From Gemmatimonadota bacterium (GTDB lineage: Bacteria > Gemmatimonadota > Gemmatimonadetes > Palauibacterales > KS3-K002): a stretch of 64,000 nucleotides of DNA. Of the stretch, positions 7,259 through 18,266 are shown piece by piece. Positions within the stretch are counted from its first letter, which is position 1, and the number at the start of each line of letters is the position of its first letter. Both the position numbers and the translations under genes were made by a program. Below the pieces are notes generated by a model. It was not told where the DNA came from, did not search any database, and saw only the letters and a program-made list of their open reading frames with translations. The stretch spans positions 1 to 64,000 of the forward strand of contig JBDHJS010000005.1 of assembly GCA_039586795.1 (NCBI GenBank). Direction: 5' to 3'.

Positions 7259-8641
7259 TCAAATGTCGGTGCGGATCGACACGGCGGCAGTCCAGATCTC
7301 GAACGCCCCGTCCCGTGCGTCCGGCCAGAGCACGTGGAAGCGACCATCCGCTCCGGCGGCGAGGCCGAAGTAATCACCGCCGGTCGGCCATCGTCGGACC
7401 GGGAACTCGCCCGACCGAGCGGCTTCTGGGCAGGAGAGCTCCGCCGCGACCCGGACCGCGGGACCAAACGTCTCCCCGCCGTCGAGCGATGCGGCGAAAT
7501 AGGGGGTGTAACATCGCCCGGATGGATCGTCCCGCCGGTCCATCCAGGCGATGCCGACGACGCCCTGGCCGTTCACGGCGACCTGGGGCTCCGACCGCAT
7601 GCCGGTCTCCGATGCGGGTGGCTCTATCGACGTCGCGGTGGACCACACATCACCCTGGTCCGTCGAGTACATGACGAGAACCGCCCGTTGCTCATCCCCC
7701 TCACACACTTTGTAGAGCCGGTCCTGGAAGAGGCCGCTGGACGTATCCGCCGCCAGGAAGGTCGGGCGGTACCAGCACTCCTCCGTGATGAGCAAGGGAA
7801 TCGAGAAGGAAGCGCCACCGTCCGAAGAGGTCATCGCCCAGGTGCGGGTAACCCGGAGTGCGCCGGCACGGGATCGGAATCCTCCCTCGGGCACGGCGCG
7901 TTGGTAGTCGTTGTAAGCGATCACAAGAGTCCCATCGGAGAGTACAGCCAATCCGTCTGGTATCTGAGCCAGGTTGCTCGGAAGCACATGGTTCATCGTC
8001 TCGACATGCGCCCTTCCCGGCCGGACGCGTCCCACAAAGGCCAACCATCGCAGCTTCCCATCCGGATCGCGGCGCGGATGGCCCGAGAGCACGTAGATCG
8101 TGCCGTCGGGTGCGGCGAGCGATCGGGGACCGTCGTGCCCACCGCCCAGACCCTGCGGAACATCATGCCACGTCTCTCCGCCATCTGGAGAGAAGAAGGC
8201 CACCAGGTTGTTGGATGACTCCGGCAGGCTGCGGTGCGTCGCAAGCGCCGTCAACACTGCCGTTCCCTGGCTCGAGATGGAAACCCAGGGATCGCCGCAC
8301 CCAACGCTCGCCACGTCCTGCCGCTCCCAGCGGCGTCCCCCATCAGACGAATAGAAAGTAGCGCAGTGTTCTTCGTCCGAGGCCGGATCCGCGGCGAGGT
8401 GGACCCAGCCGACGGCCAACAGGATGTTCGGATCGGATGGGTGTGTCGCGAGGTGCGGCTCGAGCAACACCTGTCCGTCCGGCTGTCGGGCAACCAGGAT
8501 GTTCTCACTGACCTCGTACGACGGCTCTTGGGCCGAGGCACCGCACGGGGCGACCAGCATCATGACGACCGCTAACCGCAAGAGGGTTCCCGATGGTATC
8601 ACGACGGCCTCCACGTGTTGTTTGTTCCGCGCTGACGGCAA
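7259..8641 (-). CDS. Secreted sialidase-like/BNR (Asp-box) beta-propeller protein; start uncertain
   Basis: Repeated SSDGGRRW, SPDGGETW, SSDGGASF, STDQGDVW, SLDGGETF boxes; GDYFGLA near the C-terminus. Confidence 0.85.
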   Translation of the reverse strand: MPSARNKQHVEAVVIPSGTLLRLAVVMMLVAPCGASAQEPSYEVSENILVARQPDGQVLLEPHLATHPSDPNILLAVGWVHLAADPASDEEHCATFYSSDGGRRWERQDVASVGCGDPWVSISSQGTAVLTALATHRSLPESSNNLVAFFSPDGGETWHDVPQGLGGGHDGPRSLAAPDGTIYVLSGHPRRDPDGKLRWLAFVGRVRPGRAHVETMNHVLPSNLAQIPDGLAVLSDGTLVIAYNDYQRAVPEGGFRSRAGALRVTRTWAMTSSDGGASFSIPLLITEECWYRPTFLAADTSSGLFQDRLYKVCEGDEQRAVLVMYSTDQGDVWSTATSIEPPASETGMRSEPQVAVNGQGVVGIAWMDRRDDPSGRCYTPYFAASLDGGETFGPAVRVAAELSCPEAARSGEFPVRRWPTGGDYFGLAAGADGRFHVLWPDARDGAFEIWTAAVSIRTDI

Positions 8642-8771
8642 ACGGAATTGCTGCGCTTCCCCGCTTCAGGGAGGCAGCGCCTATGTCGGGTATGACACGC
8701 CTCAGCTCCAATCGGTTGCGTGCACCGAAAGCGAGATTGTCGAAAAGTCTGGATGCACCCCAAGAAGAGCT

Positions 8772-8795
8772 GAGGCCGACCCGAAGGTCGGCCTC
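8772..8795 (-). terminator. GC hairpin (terminator or REP-like) after the RND operon
   Basis: gaggccgacc-cgaa-ggtcggcctc perfect 10-bp stem. Confidence 0.55.
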
Positions 8796-8820
8796 GCACG
8801 TGCCTCGATGCTACATTGAT

Positions 8821-11800
8821 CTAATCGCCGGCCATCGGCGCCGGCTCGGGTGCACGCGCCGGAGCGCGCACTTCCGAGCGCCGCTCGAACAGGTAGTACA
8901 GCACCGGGATGCTCGTCAGCACGAACACCGTACTGGCGATCAGCCCGCCGATCGTCGCCAGCGCCAACGCATTCCAGATCGTCGCGTCCATCGTCTCGCT
9001 GAACAGGATCAACGGCAGCAGGCCGAGCACGGTGGTCAACGTCGTCATCAGGATCGGGCGCACCCGTTCCAGCGTGCCCTGGATGACGGCCTCCTTCAGC
9101 TCGACCCCCATTCTTCGGATCTCGTTGATGTGATAGACCACGAGGATCGCGTTGTTCACCACGATGCCCGCCATCATGATCACGCCGATGTAGGCGGAGC
9201 GGGTGAACGAGGCGCCGGTGTAGAAGAAGACGAGGAACACCCCGATCAGGGCGAGCGGCACGGTGAGTAGCACGACGAAAGGAGCGCGCAGCGACTCGAA
9301 CAGCGCCGCCGTGATCAAGTAGATGAGCACGATCGCGAAGATGAGCACGGTGTAGATTTGTCGCTGCTCTTCGTCCGTCCAGAAGTAGCCACGCTCCTTC
9401 TCGATCGTGTAGCCGGGCGGCAGCTCCGTCGCGTCGATCGCCGCGTCGCGTATGCGATCACCCAGCTTTCGAGGCCCGCGGAACTCCCAACCGACCAGCC
9501 GCTGGTACTGTTGGTCCTCGCGCACGATACGGTTAAGCACCTCGCGCTTGCCAACTTCCGCAACGTCGGCCAGCCGCACCTGCTCGCCGGTCACGGTGGG
9601 CACCAGCAACTCGCGGAGATCGGTGAAGTCGAAATCGCGGTACCCCTCGAGCTTCACCGAGTAGTTGACCTCCTCGCCGCCGACCTTCACGCGGCTCAGG
9701 CTGACCTGGCCCTGAACGTTGCTGGTAACAAATCGCAGCAGCTCCTCGACGGATAGCCCGTATCCGGCAAGCCTGGGTCGATCGATGTTGAGCACGTACT
9801 CCGACGCCTTGTCGGTCCACCACCAGTCGGAAACGTTGGTATCGACCTCCCGGACCCGATTGAACCGCTCGAGGCGTCCGGCAAGGTCCTCAGCGATCTC
9901 GCGGACCCGCTCGTAGTTGTACCCGAGCATCTTGATGGTATAAGTGGGCGGCGAGCTGCCTCCGCCGTAGAACGAAGGGCCGAACCCATAGACCCGCACT
10001 TCCGCGCCGGCGAACAGATACGAATACGCGACCATCTGCTCTTTGATGGCCACCGGGATGTAGGTGTTCTCCAGCGAGTCCGGGAACGTGACCCGCATGT
10101 AGCCGCGATCCGGGGAGACGTTCGCGGTGAAGCGCTCGATCTCGGGAATGGTGGTCAGCTTCGACTCGAAGCTGCGCACCAGTTCGTCGGTCCGGCTCAG
10201 CTCGGAGCCGCGCGGCATGTTGAAGATGATCTGGATATAGGTCTCCTGACCCCAACGACCCCAGATCGCGCCGCGCACCACGTGCTTGTCGAACAGTCGG
10301 TAGCTGCCGTAGAACGCCGCCGCGGTCACGATGATCATCAACAGCGTGTGGTCCAGCGAGAACGAAAGAACGCCCCGATAGAAACGAACGTAAAACGGCT
10401 GCTTTCCTCCGTTACCCGCGCCTAACGCCGCGCTACCCGCCTTGAGCGCTCGCGCCGCAAGGCCCGGCACGAACGTGAACGCTACAAACAGCGAAGCCAG
10501 CAAGCTGAATCCCACCGCGTAGGCGAACGGCAGGTAATAAAGCCGCAACTCACCTTGCAGATAGAGGAATGGGATGAAGACGATCACCGTGGTGAGCGTG
10601 CCGGCAACGATGGGCAGCGCGACTTGCCGCGTGCCCTTGTCCGCCGCCGCGCCGGCTTCCTCGCCCAGCGACCGGCGCCGTCGGTAGATGTTCTCCAGCA
10701 CGACGATCGAGTTGTCCACCATCAACCCGAAGCCCATCGCCAGCCCCGCCATCGTCAAAACGTTGAGGCTGAATTTGCCGAAGTACAACATGTTGATCGC
10801 GATCAGCACTGAGAAGACGACGGTGGCGAAGACGATGCCCGCGGTGCGGAACGATCCGAGGAAGACCAACAGCACCAGGAAGATGACGATCGCCGCGGCG
10901 GCGGCGCGCAACCGCAGATCGGTCAGCTGGGTGCGGATCTCGCGGCTCTCATCCTGCTCCAACGTGAGACGCATGCCGGCCGGTAGGTCGGCGCGAAGGT
11001 CTTCCATCTTTTCGCGGATCGCATCCGCCACCCGCACGGCGTTGGTGCCGGCGCTGCGGACCATGGCGACACCGATTGCCGGTCGACCGTCAATACGGTA
11101 GTACTGCCGTGGCTCTTCCGTAGTATCGTGGACCCGGGCCACGTCGGCGATCCTGATCACATCACCGGTACCCAACGTATCGGGGACGACAATCAGCGAC
11201 TCGATCTCGGTCGCCGATTCCAGGTCGTTGCGCACCGACACAATCCACTCCGTGTTGCCGCGCTCTAGCTTGCCGGCCGTGCGCACCAGCTCGGCCGAGG
11301 TGAGCGCTGTAACAACTTGGGCGGGCCTGACGCCGAACGCCTCCATGCGACCGCGATCCAGCTCGATCAGAATCTCCCGGTCCTCGCCGCCCCAGACCGC
11401 TACCTCTTCCACGCCATCCAACGCCAAGAGCTGTGGTCTGAGCTCGTCCTCGGCGTATTTGCGGAGATGCTCGAACGTGTAGCTGCCAGAGAGCGTGTAC
11501 CGCATGTCGACCCGGGCGCCAGTTTGGAACTCACGCGGAACGTACAAACTGACTTGCGGGCGAACGTCCGGCGGCAGATCATCGCGAATCGACTGAATCC
11601 GCTCGCCTAGCTCGAGGCGAGCGAAGTCCATGTCGGTCTCGCGATCGAACTCGACGGTGATCTCAGATCTACCTTCACTCGACTCCGACTCGATCTTGTG
11701 TACGCCGCGCACCTGCTGGGCCGCACCCTCCAAAGGTGCGGTGAGGAACGACTCCACGACCTCCGAGGAGGCTCCAGGCCAGGACGTGTTGACCGTAAGC

Positions 11801-11925
11801 TGCGGGTAGTCGACATCGGGCAGCAGTTCCACCGGGATATCGATGAACGACGCCACGCCTATCGCCGCGATCGCGATGTAGATCATCGCGATCGTCGTCG
11901 GCCGGTTGATCGATGTGCGGATCAT
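8821..11925 (-). CDS. RND efflux permease subunit (AcrB/AcrD/AcrF family)
   Basis: 1034 aa; IPVELLPDVDYP, VDNSIVVLENI, RVRPILMTTLTT. Confidence 0.95.
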   Translation of the reverse strand: MIRTSINRPTTIAMIYIAIAAIGVASFIDIPVELLPDVDYPQLTVNTSWPGASSEVVESFLTAPLEGAAQQVRGVHKIESESSEGRSEITVEFDRETDMDFARLELGERIQSIRDDLPPDVRPQVSLYVPREFQTGARVDMRYTLSGSYTFEHLRKYAEDELRPQLLALDGVEEVAVWGGEDREILIELDRGRMEAFGVRPAQVVTALTSAELVRTAGKLERGNTEWIVSVRNDLESATEIESLIVVPDTLGTGDVIRIADVARVHDTTEEPRQYYRIDGRPAIGVAMVRSAGTNAVRVADAIREKMEDLRADLPAGMRLTLEQDESREIRTQLTDLRLRAAAAAIVIFLVLLVFLGSFRTAGIVFATVVFSVLIAINMLYFGKFSLNVLTMAGLAMGFGLMVDNSIVVLENIYRRRRSLGEEAGAAADKGTRQVALPIVAGTLTTVIVFIPFLYLQGELRLYYLPFAYAVGFSLLASLFVAFTFVPGLAARALKAGSAALGAGNGGKQPFYVRFYRGVLSFSLDHTLLMIIVTAAAFYGSYRLFDKHVVRGAIWGRWGQETYIQIIFNMPRGSELSRTDELVRSFESKLTTIPEIERFTANVSPDRGYMRVTFPDSLENTYIPVAIKEQMVAYSYLFAGAEVRVYGFGPSFYGGGSSPPTYTIKMLGYNYERVREIAEDLAGRLERFNRVREVDTNVSDWWWTDKASEYVLNIDRPRLAGYGLSVEELLRFVTSNVQGQVSLSRVKVGGEEVNYSVKLEGYRDFDFTDLRELLVPTVTGEQVRLADVAEVGKREVLNRIVREDQQYQRLVGWEFRGPRKLGDRIRDAAIDATELPPGYTIEKERGYFWTDEEQRQIYTVLIFAIVLIYLITAALFESLRAPFVVLLTVPLALIGVFLVFFYTGASFTRSAYIGVIMMAGIVVNNAILVVYHINEIRRMGVELKEAVIQGTLERVRPILMTTLTTVLGLLPLILFSETMDATIWNALALATIGGLIASTVFVLTSIPVLYYLFERRSEVRAPARAPEPAPMAGD

Positions 11926-14900
11926 GTCGCCTCCTTCCCGGCCAACCCGCGCATTCCTTCCAGGGTCGCGTAGATCACCGGTACCACAATCAAGGTAAGC
12001 AGCGTCGCTGAGATGAGGCCGCCGATCACCGCCACAGCCAGCGGCGCCCGCAGATCGGCCCCGGCGCCAAGCCCGAGTGCCAACGGCGTCAGGCCGAGCA
12101 CGGTCGTAACCGTCGTCATGATGATCGGTCTCAGGCGCACGCGGCCGGCCTCGAGGATCGCATCGCGCATCGACGCGCCTTCACGACGGTATTGGTTGAT
12201 GAAGTCCACCTTCACGATCGCGTCGTTCACTACAATTCCCACCAGAATCACGAACCCGATCAGGCTCATCACGTTCACGCCGTCACGCGCCACCATCAGT
12301 CCCAGCACCGCGCCGATCGCCGCCAGCGGGACCGCCAGCATGATCGTGAACGGGTGAATGACCGACTCGAACTGCGCCGCCAGGATCATGAACACCAGCG
12401 CGATGGCCAGCGCGAACGCGAAGGCCAGCGATTGGAACGACTCGCGCATCTCCTCGTTCACGCCGCCCACCTCGTAGCGCATGCGCGGCGGCATCTGCAG
12501 ATCGGCCAGCGCCTCGCTAATCTCGGCCACCGCCGCGTCCAGACCGCCGGACGCCACGTCGGCGTACACCGGCACCACGCGACCCTGTTCGTCACGCAAC
12601 ACCTCGACCGGCGCCAGGGTTTCGCGCCAGACGATCAGCTCGCGGACCGGGACGCCCTCGATCTGGAAATCGAGGAGGTTGTTGAACTCACGGCGAATAT
12701 CTTCCGGCGGCCGGACCAGCACATCGATGCGGCGGTCGAAGTCGACGAATCGGGTGGCCACCAGCCCGCGCATGTAGGCCTCGATCGCCCCAGCGACTTG
12801 CTGCACCGTCAGGCCATGCCGCGCCACGCGCTCCCGAGCAATCTCGATCTCAATCTCCGGTTGCCCACGCAGCAAGCCCACATGCACGCCGGTCAGCATG
12901 GGCAGCGCCGTCAGTCGATTTTCGATCTCCTCAGCAACATCAAGAACGGCCTCCAAATCGTCCCCGCGCACCCGCACCGCAATGTCCGCCTCGCCCAGGC
13001 CAAGCACTCGACCCAACTCTGTGGCGCGCCCTGTTTCGACCGTCAGCATCTCGCTGCTCAGCAACCCACCGATACTCGCTCGCAACGCCTCAACAGCATC
13101 GGCCGTACGCGTACCTTCGGACAACCGCACGTCGACGGCCGCCGTGTTCACACCCGTCGCTTCACGCTCGGTGATCTCCTCCGCCTGCGCTCGACCGATT
13201 CGGGAGAACGCGGCCTCGGTGTCCGAATTGCTCTGCGCGGCAGCCTCCACCCGCTCCGTGATGCGGTCCGTCTCTTCCAGCGGCGTTCCCAAAGCCAGCT
13301 CGATGTTTGCCCGGTACGAACCTTCATCGACCTGGGGCAACAGGTCGCGCGGCAGTCCGTAGCCGAGGAGAACGGCGAACGCGAAGACCGCGCTGGCGAT
13401 GGTTAGCGTGACGCCGCGATTGTCGAGCGACCATTCCAGCACACGATGGTAGCGCTCCGCGAATCGGTCAAAGGCGCGATCGAACCCGCGGAAAATGGGC
13501 CGAGAAAACGCGGCTAACGGCTTCAGCAACAGACCGCCCCAGAACTTCACCAGGTCGACGAGCAGCGCGACGAAAGCACGCAGTACGCCGCCGATGACGC
13601 CGCCAATCCACCGTGTGAGAACGAGCGGCCACTTCCACCAACGCATGTTCTCTTTGTACTCGCTGAACCGCGGGATGAAACGACGACGTTGGGCCGCGCT
13701 AGTCGATGCTTCGTCGATCGCGTCAGTCGATCGGATACGCGCCGCGATCGCCGGCAGCAACGTCAGGGCGACGAGCAACGACGCGAGCAACGAGACGGCA
13801 ACCGCGATCGACAGGTCCTTGAACAGCTCGCCGGCCACACCTTTTACGTAGATGATCGGTCCGAACACGGCGATGGTCGTGAAGGTCGAAGCGGTGATGG
13901 CCGCCTGGACTTCCTTGGCGCCCAGCGCCGCCGCCGCCGCCGGCTCCATGCCTCGCTCCCGGTGCCTGAAGATGTTCTCCAACACCACGATCGAGTTGTC
14001 GACCAGCATGCCGACACCCAATGCCAGGCCGCCCAGACTCATGATGTTCAGGCTGACGTCGAACAAGTAGAGCAGACCGAAAGTCAGGATCACGCTGATC
14101 GGGATCGATAGCGAGATCGCCACCGGGTAACGTCCATCGTGCAGGAACAAGAAGAGAACCAGGAAGGCGAGTATGGCACCAAAGCCTAGCGCCTGGACGA
14201 CGTTCGAGATGGCGTCGCGTATGAAGCCCGACTGTGACGACGCGATGGCGACCTCTACGTCGGGATGCTCCTCCCGTAACAGTTCGAGTACCTCGTCGAC
14301 CCGCTCCGCCACCTGAACCGTGTTGGCTCCCGACTCCTTATATATGAGGAGTCCGACGGATTCCCTGCCGTTGTAGCGCGCGATCGTCTCCCTGTCGGCG
14401 AATCCATCCTCGACCCCAGCGATATCACGCAACAGCACGATGGATCCCGTCGCCCCGCGCCCCACCACAGTCTCGCTGATCTCCTCCACCGTCTGGAATT
14501 CGCCCAACGCGCGCAGCGCATAGCGATAGCGGCCGCGCCGGATCGTTCCGCCGGGCGCGCTGTAGTTCGCCGCGTCCAGCGCCTGCGACACCGCATCGAT
14601 GGTGACGCCAAGCGCCTCCAACCGATCGGGATCGACCTTGACGTGGATCTCGCGCTCCAGGCCGCCGGCCACCGCCGCCTGCGCCACCCCATCGATCTGC
14701 TCCAAGCGTCGCTTGAAGACGTTTTCCGACAGCTCCTTCAACTCCCACAGAGACGTCGACTCTGACGTCGAAGCCAACGTCATCACCGGCTCGCTGGTCG
14801 GATCGGAACGCAGGATCGTCGGGCGCGTGGCATCATCGGGAAGCTCGTAGCGCACGTTGTCCAGCCGCTCCCGGATGTTGAGCGTCGCAAAGTCCATGTC

Positions 14901-15197
14901 GGTGCCCCAGAGAAACTGGAGCTGAACCTGGGAGGCACCCTCCCGGCTCACCGAGCTGACGGACTTTACGCCGGGCACGCGCGAGACCTGACGCTCAATC
15001 GGTTCGGTAACGAAGCGTTCGACTTCCGACGGTCCCGCTTCCGGGTACTGGGTCCAAACCGTCAGCGTGGGGAACGAGACGTCGGGCAGCAGGTCGACGG
15101 GCAGTCGCGTGAATGCGATGATCCCGAGCAACACGATGGCGAGGTACGCCATCGCGGTGGCGACGGGGCGACGAATAGAAAGGTCAGGTAGCGCCAT
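11922..15197 (-). CDS. RND efflux permease subunit (AcrB/AcrD/AcrF family)
   Basis: 1091 aa; LPVDLLPDVSFP, VDNSIVVLENI, RLRPIIMTTVTT. Confidence 0.95.
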   Translation of the reverse strand: MALPDLSIRRPVATAMAYLAIVLLGIIAFTRLPVDLLPDVSFPTLTVWTQYPEAGPSEVERFVTEPIERQVSRVPGVKSVSSVSREGASQVQLQFLWGTDMDFATLNIRERLDNVRYELPDDATRPTILRSDPTSEPVMTLASTSESTSLWELKELSENVFKRRLEQIDGVAQAAVAGGLEREIHVKVDPDRLEALGVTIDAVSQALDAANYSAPGGTIRRGRYRYALRALGEFQTVEEISETVVGRGATGSIVLLRDIAGVEDGFADRETIARYNGRESVGLLIYKESGANTVQVAERVDEVLELLREEHPDVEVAIASSQSGFIRDAISNVVQALGFGAILAFLVLFLFLHDGRYPVAISLSIPISVILTFGLLYLFDVSLNIMSLGGLALGVGMLVDNSIVVLENIFRHRERGMEPAAAAALGAKEVQAAITASTFTTIAVFGPIIYVKGVAGELFKDLSIAVAVSLLASLLVALTLLPAIAARIRSTDAIDEASTSAAQRRRFIPRFSEYKENMRWWKWPLVLTRWIGGVIGGVLRAFVALLVDLVKFWGGLLLKPLAAFSRPIFRGFDRAFDRFAERYHRVLEWSLDNRGVTLTIASAVFAFAVLLGYGLPRDLLPQVDEGSYRANIELALGTPLEETDRITERVEAAAQSNSDTEAAFSRIGRAQAEEITEREATGVNTAAVDVRLSEGTRTADAVEALRASIGGLLSSEMLTVETGRATELGRVLGLGEADIAVRVRGDDLEAVLDVAEEIENRLTALPMLTGVHVGLLRGQPEIEIEIARERVARHGLTVQQVAGAIEAYMRGLVATRFVDFDRRIDVLVRPPEDIRREFNNLLDFQIEGVPVRELIVWRETLAPVEVLRDEQGRVVPVYADVASGGLDAAVAEISEALADLQMPPRMRYEVGGVNEEMRESFQSLAFAFALAIALVFMILAAQFESVIHPFTIMLAVPLAAIGAVLGLMVARDGVNVMSLIGFVILVGIVVNDAIVKVDFINQYRREGASMRDAILEAGRVRLRPIIMTTVTTVLGLTPLALGLGAGADLRAPLAVAVIGGLISATLLTLIVVPVIYATLEGMRGLAGKEAT

Positions 15198-15209
15198 TTT
15201 TCTTTATAT

Positions 15210-15243
15210 CACTAGCGCGAGCACGCGCACTAGCGCGAGCACG
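15210..15243. repeat. Short direct repeat (16 bp x2, 18-bp period)
   Basis: cactagcgcgagcacg at 15210 and 15228, in the TolC-permease spacer. Confidence 0.7.
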
Positions 15244-15286
15244 AGCATGAAAGTCAGAGAGTGTGTGACCCGGCCGCATCGTTCGG

Positions 15287-16657
15287 TCAGCTTCCAGGAC
15301 GCGGGATCGGGCGACCGAGCGCGCCTTCGAGCCGCGCCAGCGTCTGCATGAAGTTGTAGCGCGCTTCGATCAGGCCTCGTTCGGCGGTAGTCGCCTGGTT
15401 CGTGATCTGCTGCAGCTCGGTGTACGTCGCGCCGCCGATCCGGTACCGCTCGGTCGTCAATCGAACGTTCTCCCGAGCCAGATCGACAAGCCGGAGCCGG
15501 ATCTGAACCGATTGGTAGGCCGTTTCCAACGCGTCGTATTCGTTCCGCACGTTCTTGTCCGTTTCCAGCAGCTGGGTCACCTTGTTGGATCGCGCTTCCT
15601 GAAGTTGCGCCGATGCCTGGCCCGTCCTCCACTTCTTCTCGAATCCGTTGAGCAGCGGCCAATTGAAACTGATACCGAAGTTGGTGCTCGAGTTCTCCGG
15701 CCCGAAATCGATAAGGTTGGCATCCTTCGGCAGCTGCTCCGAACGCCCCAGCGTCATCGACAAGTCGATCCGCGGCAACCAGCTTCCCCGGGCTGACCAT
15801 AGGTTCTTGCTCGCAGCAGAGATCTCGGCCTCCAGCCGCTGCAGCTCCGGATTCGAGAGGCGGGCGATGGCGGCGAGCGAATCAACTTCCACGACCGATG
15901 GATCGACCACGACGGCCGTATCGCGTAGTTGATAACGGAGGTCTTCCGGCAGGCCGATCTTCGCCGAAAGGTCCCTCAACGCTCGCTCCGCCTGCTGCTC
16001 CGTCTGCATCAGAGCGACCTCGTTCTCGCCCACCTGTACCTGGGCCTGCAGAACGTCGGACTGGGAGACGGCGGCAATACGGAACCGCGCCTCGGCGATC
16101 TCGACATCCCGCTGACGTGCAGCCAACAGCTGTTCGGCCAGCCGCACCAGCTCTTGCTGCTTGAGGGCTTCCCAGTAGAAGACCGCTACCTCGGACTCCA
16201 AGCGGACCAACGTCGCCACCGTGGCCAAGTCGGCCGCCTTCGCCGACGCGTTGGCACCACTCACGTCGAAGAAGCGCGTGCCGTTCTGGAAGAGCGACCA
16301 GCTGAAGGTCAACGAGTTGACGGCCGACTTGGCAACGTCGGTGATCGGGTCATCCAGACGCTGTGCCACACCGGTCGGGTCCAGAAAGGTGCGGGTCGTG
16401 AACTGGTTGCGGTTAAAGTTCATGCGCCAGCTGGCGGTCGGGATCCAACTCCCCCACGCCTGCCAGACTCCTTCGCCGGCCACGTCCGCCCGAGCCAGCG
16501 CCGCCCGGTATTCGGGGCTGCTCTCGCCCAGTATCAACCACGCGTCGCTCAACGACAGCACCGTGTCCACCTGCTGAGCGGCGGCCGGAGAAACGATGAG
16601 CGCGATGGCTAGGGCGAGCGAGCAGCTTAGCGTGATGCGTCTCTTAGCCTTCGCCAT
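15287..16657 (-). CDS. TolC family outer membrane efflux protein
   Basis: Signal peptide, two OEP repeats (ARFRIAAVSQSDVLQAQ; ERYRIGGATYTEL). Confidence 0.92.
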   Translation of the reverse strand: MAKAKRRITLSCSLALAIALIVSPAAAQQVDTVLSLSDAWLILGESSPEYRAALARADVAGEGVWQAWGSWIPTASWRMNFNRNQFTTRTFLDPTGVAQRLDDPITDVAKSAVNSLTFSWSLFQNGTRFFDVSGANASAKAADLATVATLVRLESEVAVFYWEALKQQELVRLAEQLLAARQRDVEIAEARFRIAAVSQSDVLQAQVQVGENEVALMQTEQQAERALRDLSAKIGLPEDLRYQLRDTAVVVDPSVVEVDSLAAIARLSNPELQRLEAEISAASKNLWSARGSWLPRIDLSMTLGRSEQLPKDANLIDFGPENSSTNFGISFNWPLLNGFEKKWRTGQASAQLQEARSNKVTQLLETDKNVRNEYDALETAYQSVQIRLRLVDLARENVRLTTERYRIGGATYTELQQITNQATTAERGLIEARYNFMQTLARLEGALGRPIPRPGS

Positions 16658-17825
16658 CTTCTTCCTCCAGAATCCGAACGCGTGCATCGTGGATCAGCGT
16701 ATAGTGGCCGTCGGTGAGCACGACCTGGCCGGGCTCCAACATCGTCGTCCCTTCGCCCGGGATGATCTCGGTGTACTCCTCGTTCTCGAGGCCGGGCGTC
16801 ACGTAGGTCCACTTCGCCAGACCCTGCGATCCTTGTTCCGGCTCGAACACAAACACCAGCGTTCGGTTGTCGCGCTCCAGGATGGCGCTGCGCGGCACCA
16901 TCGTTCGGTTGGCGAAGAGACGCGCCGCGATTCGCACGCGAGCGTACATCCCCGGCTTTACCGCGCCCTCCGGGTTGGGCAGCAATACCGTGACCCGAGC
17001 CGATCGTGTACGCGGGTCGACGACCGGATTGATCGACTCGACGATCCCGGTCAGCACCGTGTCGGGGAAGGCGGAGAGCGTGACCCGGGCGTTTCGTCCT
17101 TCCTCCAGGTAAGGCAACTCCGTCTCCAGTACCTGCACCTCGATCCGCATACGCGAGATGTCGACGACTTCCGCGATCGAGTCTCGCTGCGCGACCACAC
17201 GTTCACCCGGCACGATGGCCATGTTCGCCACATTACCCGAGAACGGCGCGCGAATCGTGGCCCGCTGCACGTTGATCTCCGCCTCGCGCACCGCGACCTC
17301 CGCCTCGGCCAACCCGCTACGCGCACGAGCCATGCGGCGTCGCTCCGTGCGCAGAACCTCGTCTTCTATCTCGTCATCAAACAGCGTGAGCTCGGCGAAA
17401 TTCGCCTGTGCCTGTTCGAGGCGCGCCTGAGCCTTCTCGAGCTCGAACTCGAAGCGCTCCGGATCGATGAGAGCCAACACCTCGCCTCTCCGGACGTACT
17501 CTCCCTCCCGGACCAGGACATCAGTGACCGGCCCCTCAACCTCCGCGATGAGCAGCGCCCGCGCGTAGGCCTGCGCTTGACCCGTGGCCGACACGCTCAC
17601 CACCAGCGTGTCGCGGAGGACGGGCGCGGCTGAAACGGGGATTGCGATCTCGGTTCCGAAGGTCTGGGCCGACTGGACCTCCGGCTGATCTTCACTGGTC
17701 TCGGCGATCTCACCGTTCTCCTCATCGGCCTGCAAGGCCTGGAGACGGATATAGATCCCCCCCAGCGCGCCCAGCAGAACGATGACGACCGTGGCGATCG
17801 CGAGCGTTCGGCGGCTGAATATCAT
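16644..17825 (-). CDS. RND periplasmic adaptor (membrane fusion protein)
   Basis: AEVEGPVTDVLVREGEYVRRGEVL, IRAPFSG, KPGMYARV. Confidence 0.95.
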   Translation of the reverse strand: MIFSRRTLAIATVVIVLLGALGGIYIRLQALQADEENGEIAETSEDQPEVQSAQTFGTEIAIPVSAAPVLRDTLVVSVSATGQAQAYARALLIAEVEGPVTDVLVREGEYVRRGEVLALIDPERFEFELEKAQARLEQAQANFAELTLFDDEIEDEVLRTERRRMARARSGLAEAEVAVREAEINVQRATIRAPFSGNVANMAIVPGERVVAQRDSIAEVVDISRMRIEVQVLETELPYLEEGRNARVTLSAFPDTVLTGIVESINPVVDPRTRSARVTVLLPNPEGAVKPGMYARVRIAARLFANRTMVPRSAILERDNRTLVFVFEPEQGSQGLAKWTYVTPGLENEEYTEIIPGEGTTMLEPGQVVLTDGHYTLIHDARVRILEEEDGEG

Positions 17826-17968
17826 AGTAATCCGCTTATCTGTAAGGGTTCTGCGGTCGGGGCTGTGCCGTAGGATACCATCAAGCCCTCCGGCCGTCTA
17901 CACCTCTTTACACCTGTGCCGGCGGCCTATTCGCAAAGCTTCCCAAGCCACTACGTCTATCACGCCTA

Positions 17969-17997
17969 AGATGCTTCAGGGCCGCGGCGGGTCGCAC
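17969..17997 (-). promoter_or_regulatory. ECF-type promoter candidate for the RND operon
   Basis: Minus strand GTGCGAC-N16-GCATCT; the same motif occurs at 25329-25357. Confidence 0.55.
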
Positions 17998-18266
17998 GAG
18001 GACGCTCCCTTTTCTTAGACGCAACGAATCAAAAAAACGTCACCACCGGCGGAGGGCCCGAGCATCCACCACCCTCTCGTCTTCGCCCCGTCGACGCTGT
18101 CGGGCTCCATAGGACCGCCGGGACCGGAAGAGGTAGCCAGGAAATCGTTGGAGGCGCTGAATTTGGCCAAGTTTGACACCGAATCCCGAGATGATGTATA
18201 TTTTAAGCCGACTCCCAACAATTCAGACGCATTACCTCGTCCGGCTTAAGCCGGCCCGACCCTTTT

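Noticed and set aside
6980..8218. 412-aa plus-strand ORF, and similar long antisense ORFs at 12192, 16596 and 53703
   Set aside because: These are shadows of well-supported opposite-strand genes in GC-rich DNA, with no recognisable motifs.
17998..18260. Structured ncRNA or riboswitch upstream of the RND operon
   Set aside because: A T-run and partial stems are present, but no recognisable aptamer motif or convincing terminator stem.
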